From contig OZ234493.1 of NCBI GenBank assembly GCA_965153455.1, positions 11,026,213 through 11,090,212 on the forward strand: a stretch of DNA of 64,000 nucleotides, given 5' to 3'. Origin of the DNA: Sphagnum compactum. Its lineage: Eukaryota. The notes under the pieces are model-generated. The model had not been told where the DNA came from. It saw only the letters and a list, made by a program, of their open reading frames with translations, and searched no databases. A program made the position numbers and the translations under genes. This document shows, piece by piece, positions 52,218-64,000 of the stretch (position 1 is its first letter; each line of letters opens with the position of its first letter).

Positions 52218-53506
52218 ATCATGACATGACCATTAACAAAAGGAACAAGGGTGAAAATGGAGTTGCTATATGATCACTCCTAGATTGCAATGAACATGAG
52301 CACCACACTTAGTGTTGCTGAAGAGAAAATGAATTACACAAAAAAAGGACGGCATTGAAAACCAAGAACATAAAAAAAATAACACCAACAACTATCTACG
52401 GTAAAATTACTATTTGAAAAAAAGAACCAAGAACATGAAGAGGAATGTGATGAACATGAAAAACCTAGCTTGAAAGTTGCTACTACTACTTGAGAGACAA
52501 ACCAAAAACATGAAAAGAATTATGATGAATACAAAGTGAGAGTGGTTGTTGGTGACCATGGTGCACCTAACCGTTCACATTTTAGGTTTAGGCAAAGCCT
52601 TAGATTACCCACCATTGTAAATGGGGTATCCCATTTGAATAAATGTATTTTTATACATGAGTAAAAATATACGGTGCAATATATTGGTTGTTGGGTGAAA
52701 GTTATAAGTTAAATAGTTTAAAAATAAGATACATTTTATTCAAATAATTAATTTAATTATAATATAAGTCATGTAATAATATGAAATAATGGATTATAAT
52801 TAATATAAGGTGACTTTAATATATATATATATTAAAAATTGAATAATAATAAGATAGTAAAAAATAGGTTGAACAATTATTTAATAGCCCTTAAAAATGG
52901 TCGTTTGACATACAACAATCTCAAATCTTACACACTATGTTCTCCCCCATGTTTGGTACATGCAATGTATGTATTACTCCAATAATGGTTGGTTTATCCA
53001 ATCCTAGGTAGCAAAATGTTTGGAGATGTTTTTTTTCCTATCCAATACTAGGTTTCAAAATGTGTGGTAATGGGGGTGCAAGTTGAACATTGCGTTATTT
53101 TAAAAATGAAAGACTCCCCTTATTTTGGGGGCGGATAACTTTTTACATCATTCACGGAGACTGATGATTTAAATGTCATTTGGTGTGCTTGGTCATGGGC
53201 TACAAGTTTCTTTAGACACATGGGTGATTTGGACCATGACCAACCATGTTCATGTGATTTGGTCTGTTCTAAAAACTTACTTTGGTCGTTGGCTAGCTTA
53301 CCTTAACCAATTGTTGAAAGTAACATGAATTGCAAAGAGCATCTCATTAACATGGGAGAATGCCATTGGACAAGAGATCCCAATTAGATCACATATTTTG
53401 CTACCTTTTGATATTTTCATATCTTTCTAATACCTTTTTGAACATTTGATCCTGGTAACTAGTTATGTGTCTCACCCTCTTTATGTGTCTCATAACCTGT
53501 AAGCTT

Positions 53507-56500
53507 CGACCATGAAACCTCTAACAAAATGTCCATCAGCAACACTTTGCTCAGCCAAGGAAATGACTTTGTGTTCAGTTTGATCGTTTCCTTGAATATC
53601 ATTGTTCATCTAATGACAAAGCAGTAAACAAAAAAAACAAGCCGAATCAACACTCAACAGAAAGAAGGTAGACGTCAATATGCCACAAAACTTGACCTTT
53701 CATGCTGATCTTGAAAAGCCACAAAATTCGTTCTGGTAGTCTACTCCCAACCAAGAATTTGGGGGAGATGATCAAAGCTAAAACAGCTTCAAGACTCCCC
53801 CCAAGTTTGACTGATGACATTCCTACAATTCCACCCTCTGATGAACTGTCTCAAGCCTCTTCTCTACCCAAAAAGAAAAAAATCTAGAATCTCAAAGCAA
53901 TTCCTGATGAAGGTGTTGTTGTAGTCTAGTGTCTACTCCTTTGCCTTCCAAGGTCCACCTTCACAACCCCTGACAAGATATAGGGTGGTGCTCTGATTCA
54001 GTCCTGGGAATAAATAATGGGCCAGAGTGAACCAGCACTGATGGAGAACTCTGTACGCATCATTCTGTAATTTGTCTCCCAAGTTTAGCACCTTCCTTGA
54101 AGGTTTGTGAGCCACATATAGCATATCCCCTACCTATAGTTCATTATCTTAATTCAATGGGGGTGACTCTCAAAGTTTAAGTTTTTCTTTTTGCAATGAG
54201 CCAATCATAAAATAAAAACTCAAACTATGGAGGCTCCCAAAAATGGAAGGTTCTATTTGGTTTATGGAGACCCTTCCTTTGGCCCACCTATATAGGTGAA
54301 AGGACAACATTTGCCAAAAGCATATGGGATTAAGTGAGGTGCTGTTGGGAACGCGCTACAGGAACACATTGAGAACCTGATGGGAACATTGTAAGAAAGA
54401 ATTTGATGCCACTTCGGTGCATGTTGTGCCTTCTCATTGGTTGCCTGTAACTTTTATTTTCAAAATTATTGGTCACCATTTTCAACCTTGGCTAATACCC
54501 TTGCAAAGAACTGTGGTGTAAAAAAAACTCAGCCCCCACAGGGGAGGACCCTTCACTCCATGAGGCGCCTTCTCATTGGTTGCATGGAAATTCTATTCCT
54601 CAAATTGGCTTCCTAAGAACACCCTACCTATTTGGTTCCACTTTTGGTTGTGACCGCCCTACTAGTGATGGGATCAATAGCTATTGGCTGGGGACACTGG
54701 TTCCCTGTTGCAGCAGGGCCTGGTGGAACCTGTTACCAACTGACACAACCTCTTCTTGCCATACCAGCTTTGATCATCCCTAGGTGGGATGGGCCCTACT
54801 AACTCTGTTCCATATGCATGTGTTGAAGGACCCTTTCACCTAGTTGCAAGAGTGGAAATTTCGCAATTTCTTGCGCGTTTACAGGCTTTTCACCTAGGTG
54901 CAAGTGTGGAAATTTCACAATTTCTTGAGTGTTTACATGCTTTTCACCTACTTGCAAGAGAATTTTTTTGCAATTTCTTGCATGTTTACATGCTTTGCAC
55001 CAAGTTGCAAGAGTGGAAATTTCACACTTTCTTGGTTTACACACTTTCTGCCTAGTTGCAAGAGTGAAAGTTTGGCGATTCCTTGTGCATGTACAAGCTT
55101 TTCATCGGAGAAGGGTTGAAGAAGTGCCCTCTTCTTACTTAAGAAAAAAAAATTTAGGTTTTCTACACTCACGCTTATCTAAAGCTTTGACACTTTTGGT
55201 ATATAGGTTTAGGTTTTAGTGTAGCAAAACAGGTTTGAAAAATAAACTTAAAGTGCAAAGAAAATTCTAAAATGTACAGAAGAGACATACTTTCTGACTC
55301 TTTCAACTTTGATAGCTTGTAGTGCAAGCTTCAAGTGATAATTCTAACACCATCAAAACCCTGGCCATCATGACTGTAGTAGGAGGGCACCTTACATGAA
55401 AGAATCTTACATAAAAGAATTCTTCTTGGCATTTGGATTTGGAAGAATTACTGACTTTGGGCATTTTTGTGTTACATTTATTGCGTTTTAGTGTACCCTG
55501 AAATGATAAAATATATATCAGGATTATTAAGTTGAGTCTTTTGAAGGGTTTAACCTTTAACCCGACACTTTTAGCATTTGCAAGGCTTACTGGATTCAGA
55601 AAAACCTGCTGGTTGTTTTTCCTAGTGTATCCGAAGGACACATTACAAGGCATAAATTTGCTGATGGGCTTTTTACAAAAGTGTAATGCCTGTGGAGGTG
55701 AGCATTTCATTCTTTGAAATGGCCACTGGTTTTTAAACAAATTTCCCACACCACATCCCACAGAAAAATAACATTGATGGCAGTTTTTATGTTGTGTAAA
55801 GCCCATGGACCAGGGCTTTACCGTAATTCAGGACCCCCTTGGCTCCCACCTTGAGGTCCCTTATTTCTGTAATGACTTGGTCCTTGGACATTATCATACA
55901 CAAATTGTGACACTGTAGTGGCCTTACCTCTATTGATGGCAAGGTAGGGCCCTAAGGAGTGGGGCATTCCTGACATATGGGCCTTTTGCTGCAATGTAAG
56001 AGCCTAGCACAGGCCCAATATTTTCGAATGTCTACTACATGATAGAAGTATTATGTGAAATACCCCAGTTAAATAGCAGGTCTGGCACAAATAATATTCT
56101 TTTTAGACATGCTGAAAATTTCAAAAACTAATTTTCTCAATGAAATTCTTTTTTGTAAAAGAATAGAGCAGCTTTTGGAATATTATGGAATATTCTGTTT
56201 GTGAAAATGGAGTTTTCAAAATTAAATAATTATTTGGCAGAGTCTTGACGAACATGCTATTCAAGTACGGTATTGAAATGGCATATATTGAACCTGCCCT
56301 CCAACACGGAAGAAAAGATGGTCGGTTTTGATGGGTAGGCTATATGCAGGGACATACACAGCCACCTACCACGCCTCACACTCGGCTTCTGACATGCTTC
56401 TCAATCTTCACCTACTCCAACTTGGACTTTCTGCAGGACCTTTTCCATCACTTCTTTCAAAGCAATTTCACAACACATCGGTAAAGATTAAATTTACTAA

Positions 56501-57277
56501 ATCTTGGAGCAAGATAGCGCAAATCCTGTTGCTCTCTGATAAAAATAGCCCAAAATGTTGTGGTCATTTTAATATTTTAAAATAGATTCTTTTAATTGTG
56601 AATTTGGTCATTGACAATTATTGGTTCTAATGTAAAGGTGTAAATGATCTTTGACTGGGTGAAATGACTTTCTTGACGTGTGGGGACATTGAGCATTAAA
56701 TATCAATATACGTGTAAATAGAACTAGTAGTGTTGGGGGTACTACAACTTGGACTTTTGAACTTTCTGCATGATTTTGCACCTAAAGCACTCTGAGAAAT
56801 TTTTTAGTGTATTTGGAAGGCACCCTATTTATCAGAAATATCTTAGTGGATGTGGAGGGCACCTTATTTCTGTAAATAGCCCCCTTAGAAAAGAGTAAGG
56901 ATCTTATGCCTACCATTTTGGGGTAGGCCGAGTCTTGGGCTCCTTAATGCAAGAATATCACCACTTTGGGGGCTTACCCTACACTTTCCCTTCAGACCGA
57001 CATTAAGGTTGGACATCTCATCAAGCGAATGGCCAGAAGTAGCCCAGCAACAACTCCAAGGTCTCTGGCAAAGCTGGGCTGGCAGTTACCTATGTCCCTT
57101 TTTGAATTTTCAATCCAACAGGAGTAGTATGCTGTGCACTCGATGGCTTCTCTTTTTCAAAACAAATCTACGCCACCATGCAAGTGTAAATAGAATTACA
57201 ATTGCTCTCCTTAATGTATCAAGGTGACTGTACAGGAGCCATCAGAATTTCCAAATTGAGCCTTGTACTAACCACAT
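53507..57277 (-). repeat. Orphan copy U4 of the NLR-upstream module; resumes at about 63260-63540 after a 6-kb insertion
   Basis: GACCATGAAACCTCTAACAAAATGTCCATCAGC matches 17393 and 43381. ACATGGCC..AAACACCATG at 63261 continues the alignment with about 20576. Confidence 0.85.
54830..55105. repeat. 54-bp tandem repeat, about 5 units (paralog of 21905-22185)
   Basis: Same unit, with small frameshifting indels. Confidence 0.88.
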
Positions 57278-59971
57278 AAGGTAAACAGGCCGGTGCCTGA
57301 ACACTTAGTGTGTTAGTCAGCTCTAGATCTTTCAATTTGTCTCCTTTGTTTCTGATGTCTAAAGATAAAGTGTGGAGGAGTTGATGGTGCACCCCATGCA
57401 CTTATACACCTCTAAAGATTTGGGGATAAAAAAATGTATGAAAAAATTTCAAACACATGACAATCCATGACAATCCATGACAATTTACTTGTTCACGTAA
57501 AACCAAACAATGATATGCTCATTAATGAATGTTACAACCTGAAAATGTGAAAATTAAGATCCTCAAAATGACTGTTCAATTTTCAACATGTGACCATGAT
57601 TTGAACTAAATCCAGGGCTAAAAATTTGATGGTAAAAGGTCCTATTCACCAAACCTGTCGGATGTCTGTGGGCGCAACGATGGGCCCAGGATTTTTGGTT
57701 TCATCACTAAGAATAGTGCGTCACTAGGGAGCTATTTAGACTTCAGTTTTCTATGTATGTCTCCTGTTCATTATTTTTTCATCGTTATAGCTCTTCATAC
57801 GATATTTTGAGATTACCATTCAAGATTAAGGATGTAATCCTAAATTTTGACTAGATTTTATTTTCATTGCTTCTAAGTACAAAGATTCCTTTTTACTCCA
57901 AGCTCCTATGAAATCTGAGCTATAATTCACATTAAGCAACATGGATCATTTTTCACATTTTCATTGCTCTTATTTGAAGATTTGAAAATATTCAACTATA
58001 CCAGTTATAATTTTTTATACAATTCATCAAAATTCTCATGCAATTTCTAAGAATTCTCTTCATCCAATTTTTCAGTTAATTTTCACGGAATCTGACAAGA
58101 AGGTAGGGCATTACTTATTATAGAACTTACGCGGAGTGAAGAAGAATCCACATACTGCAGTGGTAAGCTGCAGCTGTAGACGCACAGATGCTTGGAGGAT
58201 ACATTAGAATTTTGTTCCTAGGTGATATTCAAAATATATATAATATAGATTTGGGTGCAAACATGGGACATGCATATGCTACTTAGAAAGATGTCTACTG
58301 AATGGCCAAGAAGCAAATGACAAAAACTAAGAAAATGTGTTCTGATGGGACTCCTAGAAAATGTCAAAAGCATATCTGAAAACCCTCAAGGAGTATCTAG
58401 AAAATAGAAATTGTAGAAGTGTCCAGAGTCTAAAGGTGATACTAAAACCCTCAACTAGAGAGGCAACTTTTTGACATTTTTGGTGCATTTTCCTGAGTTG
58501 GAAAATTCAGTATTTAGAGCCGATCCCAAGTAGCACCTCCCCAATTGCCCACCAATTGAATTCTAGGCATGACTGGGACATGGTAAGGCTCAGTTCTATC
58601 CAAAAGAAATCCAGGGATGATTTCAGCAAATCATGATGTTTGCTCTCGAAGGATGCCATTTTTGTGTAAGGCAAGGCATTGATACAATTAGTATGGCCAC
58701 TAATGCACCACTACCAAAATATTATTGTTCAACTATGCTATGATTATAATTCCTGAAGTGGGGACCCTGATGACGCAGAAGGTAAGACAGCCTGCAATTC
58801 AGGAATGCCCTCATTTGTGGGCCTTACTTACTTGGCATAATAGCCTTATTTTGTCATTTTACCCACATGATACTTGGTTGGTACTCATGGGGTAGGAACC
58901 TTTCAAAAAACCAAAAGTTCCTTGTGCACTAGCATGTTTTTCAACAATTCTGATAGTTATTCTATTTGCTATAGTTCCCAAATCTATTGGTCATTTGGTT
59001 CATTTATCCTTTCTTTCCTTTCTTTTTTCTTCTTTGATTTCCTCTAAAGCTACTTTGTCCATCAAATTTTTCCTTAAAATATTTAGGTATTTAAAAGAGG
59101 TCACAACATGTGACTGAAAGTAGTTAAATAATGGCTCCTTTCCTTTGTGTGTATGGCAAGTAATAAAAGTAATGAAAGCTAAGTCGTGCAATTTTATGGC
59201 TTCCTTGGTTAAATTTGGAAGGTTATGGGTTTCCTACACCAACTTAGGAATAACCTCATTTAGGTTTACAATTTCTTTTTGTTGCTCTTTTATCATAGTA
59301 AGGCTTGAAAACACGTCTACATAGTACTATTGGTTAATTTTTAATCTATTGGTAGGATGATCTTCATGTGTTGTTTGATGGATTGTTATTTCAACTATAT
59401 GCAAAATTTTTGTAGTAGAAAATTCCTGGCCTCATTATTAACCTTGATTGTGATAGTTTCTTCATTTGATGTGTATTTTTCTTCATTTCCATGGTTATTG
59501 ATGCTTGTCGCATTGTAAATTTCTAAAGGTTGAATCTTGTTGTCAATTGCCTTAAAGTTGAACAAACAAACACACAAGTGATTACTTTTAGACAGAGTTG
59601 TATCCCTAAACTTTTTGAATGTTGTTTTAAATGGTTGAAAACACAACACATATAATGATTGTAGAACATATGATGTATGGGATGGTAAGGTAATCATGTC
59701 TAACTCAAATTCTTGTGCATGTTTTATTGCTTCTAGGGCAACATGATTGGCATGCCCATTTAGAATTAATAAGTGTTGATTGGTAATAGACATTCCACTT
59801 AGAACAAGCTTATTGAAGAAAGCTAAAAACTTCTTAAGCAAGAAAGAAGACATCCAAGCTCTCTTTTGCATTGCCATGTAGGTTCTTGGTTGGCAAAGTT
59901 TGATCTAATCATTTTGCAATCTTTCACCTTTGAAATTATAAAACCTTGATATAACACCTTTTGTAGCATTT

Positions 59972-62900
59972 GGGTGAAAACACACTAAGGGTGAAACACT
60001 TTTCACCAAAAAAAAATGGTGTATAACAAATATTCTAATACATAGTAAGTTCAAATCTTGATGACATCTTTGATTATCCCATACATAAATAAAAAATTTT
60101 AAAATTTGCATGACAACATTTTGAAACCCAAAGTTCATTTTGAGTGAAAGTTAATCTTGATCCAATGGTTAGATGAAAAGGATTGAATAAAATCAATGTA
60201 CATAAATTATGTAATTTACATTTTTTTCATCACCATAAGGCTCATGTTGGTGATTCATGAAACATTACCAAATAAAAGAAAATTTTAAAAAAATGCAAAG
60301 TTCATTTATAAAATCTTTTCTTCTTTCATATAATAGTGGTTCTTTTCTTAAAAAAAGACATTATTATGCATTTATTATTAAAAAATTGTAAAAACACATT
60401 GTTTTTAATGGATTTTTCACCGAGAATTCTAAAATTTTAAATCATCTCAAATTTAATTAATGTATATCACGCTAGTAAAAAAACACTAATTTGCAACTAC
60501 AATTTGTGACTAAAAAATAATTGCAATCAATTTTGCAAGTAAAAATCCCTTAGTTACATAAATGAGGTCGCATTAAATCTTAAGTTGCAAATGATGATTT
60601 ATTGTGATGTCAACACATTTTGCATGGATGAAGTATATGGTCAACATATACATTTCCATCCTTGCAGTAATGTATAACATTTGTCATTACTAACCATTTT
60701 TTTGCAATTAGTAAATAACACTATTACTAATTGCCATTCGTTAACACAATAATTATTTGGTAAATAGGTAGGTAAAATTATGTGTGCAAAAAATACCTAC
60801 CTACCTAGGATACGTACCTACTTAGGTTGTTTATTTGCCCACCTACTTGAATAGGAAGGTAAAAAGGTAGGTGAATTAAAAAGTAACCATATAAAATATT
60901 TTATTTTATTTTATGTTTTTTAAAAAAAAGTTTAAGTTTATGTGAATTCATCCAAATGGCATATGATTTTTAATGTGAAATCAAAAGAAAAGGCATCTTT
61001 TTTATATACTTTGTGAAATGACATTAAAAGATAAAACATCTATTAGACTATTTAGTATCACTTTAGTCATAAATTTAGTTGCAACAAAAAATGATTCTCC
61101 CACAAACTTTGTTTTTGTTTATAATGTTGAAAATTAGACAACTAAATTGGTAAGAAATAAATTTTAAAAAAATTATTTCAAGAACTAATCCATTAACATT
61201 TAATTAATTAATCAATTATTGATTATTCATTAAAGTTAAATTTGATGTATGTAATTATTTGGCAATTATTTATAATATAATAATTTTCTATTTATTTAAA
61301 TAAAACTAACTTTTTACCTCTGAAAATAAAACTTTTAAAATACTAGTGATCAACTAATTAAACGAAAAAGAATTATATATTAATCAACTATCCAACAAAA
61401 TATATTTTAAACTAATTGGTAATTCCTAAATATTAACTATAAATAATTAAGTTTCTAAATTATTAACTTAATTAATAGATATTAAATCAGTTTCCATAAA
61501 CTATTCATATTAACTAAATAATTTAACTCATGAATCATTTATTTAGTTTTATTTTATAATAAATAACTAATACTTAGTTAATAATTATTTGGTATTAACC
61601 TGAATTCTTGATAAATAAATTCTAACTTTCACATAGGTTAATAAATATAAATAAAAGTTTAAATAAATAACTTATTTATATTTAAACAATATTAACTGAT
61701 TAAAAAATAAATAGGACACAAAAATGATATAATATGAATTTTATTAATTTATTTAATAATATTAAATCAGTTTTAATTAATTATTTATAATAATCAGAAA
61801 AATTAATTTGTGAAGAATTTATTATTTATTATTCATTGGCTAAATGAATAATTACTAGTTAGTAGTCATTAGCTATTAATCATAATTATTGATTCATTGG
61901 TTAAATCAAACTATTGAAATATTTCAGAAATAATCATATATTTTAGAATTAATTTAATAAGGAATAACTCATAAATAATGATGAATGATTATACGAATTT
62001 ATGATTTAATATCTAATTAATGAATGATTTTTTGAAGTAATTAAAAATAATAATTGATTTCTTAATTAGTTGGTGTTAATTAAAATATAATTAATGAATA
62101 AGTAAAATTATTTAGTTCATATTTTATACTTATTAATAAATTATTTGATAATAATAATTTATCAATAATTAATGCTCATTTAAGACAATGATTATATCAT
62201 ATTAATATGACCTCACTAATACAATTTAATCATACCTTAATAAAGATGGTATAGTTTTATTGAACCATACAAAATGAAAATGACAAATTTTCAATCTAAT
62301 ATGCCCATAATATGGGCAAATATATGTTTAATATATCTAAAATAAAATCCATGTAGTATGTTTTTAATGCAGTTCACAAAACCTTAATGTACATTAAATG
62401 TTTAAAATCACCATAATAAATAAGCGAATTGCAACTAATTTTGCAACTAGATGAACATAGGTGCCTATTATTTAGATGAAAAATATAAGAAGATAGTCAA
62501 TATGGATGGATGTGTAATTTAATAGTTACGCCATGATTGAAAAAATAATTGTAAATTTCAAAAGATGATGACTATTTATAAAAATGATAAAATAGAGTTG
62601 CAAATGATAGATAGTTGGATGTAGTCACATGTAGTTGTGACTTGCAAATTGAATGGTTACACATTACAAGATTTCTTGTAGTGTCAATGTCATTCATCAC
62701 AAAAAAATTCAACGCATAATTTTAGTTTTGAAGTATATATGTAATTTTTCATGTTTTGTGACAAATATTACTTCGTCACATATATACTCCATATGTTCAA
62801 GTTCTTTAACATTTGTTATTTAAAAAAAATTGATTAATTTAAATATAAAGCTAATAAACATTACTTTAAACAAGCAAAAAAATCCAATATGTGATCTCCA

Positions 62901-62978
62901 TATGTTACAAAAAAAACTAAATATAAAAATATTGTACTTGTGACAACAATTTTTGGGGGGCTTATTGTGCTTATGCCC
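59972..62978. mobile_element. Sola2-like non-autonomous TIR element (3.0 kb including the nested insert), TSD ATTT
   Basis: ATTT|GGGTGAAAACACACTAAG ... CTTATTGTGCTTATGCCC|ATTT (13/18 TIR match). The host reading frame rejoins across it. Confidence 0.78.
60470..62683. mobile_element. Non-autonomous CACTA (En/Spm) element, TSD TCA, extremely AT-rich
   Basis: TCA|CGCTAGTAAAAAA ... TTTCTTGTAGTG|TCA; the right end reads CACTACAAGAAA on the minus strand. Subterminal TTGCAACTA/TAGTTGCAA-type repeats at both ends. Confidence 0.75.
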
Positions 62979-64000
62979 ATTTACTACACAATTTATAGTT
63001 CACCATTCTTGAGACTTAGGGATGGTGCTACAAATTACATTTGATCTTTTCGTAGTTTTTTTTGTTTGCTAGCTTGAATGTTAGTTTCATTTGAATTCCA
63101 TACATGATCTATGATGTCGTTGGCAATATAATGATTATAGGTTGGTGTAGAATGAATTGCAAAGAAATGGATGTCAGTCCATTTGCTAACTAAATTTCTA
63201 GTCCTTGTGCTTGTCCAATGTTGACTTTTGGGGGGGGGGGGGGATGTTTATTTGACAATTACATGGCCAGATTGGGAAACACCATGCCCCACCTATGCCA
63301 TTAAGTTAGAAAGAAATTTTCTCCAATTCTTAAAATTATAGGTAATTAAGGCACGAAGTTTATGGGCATTTTGGAATTTTGTAGACCTAATTAGGCTGTT
63401 GAGCTAGAAAAAATAATTTGTTTGATTGTTGATGCTGGCCAAGTAAGGGTTGGTCTCCTTATAACATATCCCCAGTCCTGCACAACTTGATTCCAACATT
63501 TCACCGTCTTTGTTTTGATGTTGATCCTTGAAACCATAACTAATTGTTGGGAGTATCACCAATTGTAGGGAGCATCTCTAACATGGGAGAATGCCATTAG
63601 ACAAGAGATCTCCAAATTATATCACATATTTTGTTGCCTTTTGACATTTCCAAATCTCCCTAATACCTTTTTGCACATTTATTCCTGGTCGTTAGTTGGT
63701 TGACCTTCATGACTCACCCTCTAATGTGTCCCATAACCCGTATTACTTGGTGTTCTCGTACAATTAGTTATGTCCGATAACCCCAATGCTTTTCCCAATT
63801 ACCTAGTCCATGTCTGCATGAAGATTTTGGTAGTGAACTAGGTCTTCATTATAGTGGTGTTTGGTGTTGAGCTGGTACTTACTTTGAATCAGCTTCATGA
63901 GAAAGTGTGGTTGCCTGGGTCCTCTAGAAGCATCACTTTAAGAATGTTACGCAAAGAGCAATGTGCATGCAATAACACAAACACTTGTTTACTCGAAAGA

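Larger units (their letters stand above)
46805..53303 (+). mobile_element. Full-span decayed pogo/DDE_1 element (6.5 kb) with TIRs and TA TSD
   Basis: TA|GGGTAAACTGGCCCAAC ... GTTGGCTAGCTTACCT|TA. Empty site GAAACCA-TA-ACTAATTGTTG is visible at about 63530-63550. Internal transposase relic at about 48100-50150 (ORFs 48433..48762, 49048..49254). Confidence 0.8.
58900..63230 (-). mobile_element. Decayed pogo/DDE_1 transposase, interrupted by nested insertions at 59972-62978
   Basis: ORF 59395..59877 MAMQKRAWMS...HLLILNGHANHVALEAI...LPSHTSYVLQSL. Removing the insert restores TIPKSQEW*TINCVVN|ATKGVISRFYNFKGERL. Confidence 0.85.
33670..64000 (+). repeat. Segmental duplication copy 2 (runs to window end)
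   Basis: Colinear with 7910-28000 and expanded by additional TE insertions. Confidence 0.9.

Noticed and set aside
61150-62250. Organelle-derived insertion suggested by extreme AT content
   Set aside because: No organellar gene, tRNA or rRNA remnants; it lies inside the CACTA-bounded element.

Overview
Eukaryotic land-plant DNA: spliceosomal introns, a plastid MEP-pathway gene with a transit peptide, NLR genes, and bryophyte (Sphagnum-like) repeats. The taxon call is an inference. From left to right: a degenerate tandem repeat; an intronless, bacterial-looking SMI1/KNR4 (SUKH) gene (+); a 5-exon ispF gene (-); then a large tandem segmental duplication (about 7.9-28 kb versus 33.7-64 kb). Each copy carries an unidentified decayed segment, one RPW8-like/CC-NB-ARC-LRR gene (-), two copies of that gene's upstream module, and pogo/DDE_1 transposon sequence. 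Both NLRs start M(L)IEPGL and have IHR instead of MHD, with different Arg codons. They differ by an exact 3-LRR indel and a C-terminal frameshift. Comparing the two copies exposes empty and filled insertion sites: a TA-TSD pogo element, GRG-ended 4-bp-TSD (Sola2-like) elements, a nested pogo>Sola2-like>CACTA stack, and a solo LTR. All identifications come from reading motifs by eye; no database searches were run.
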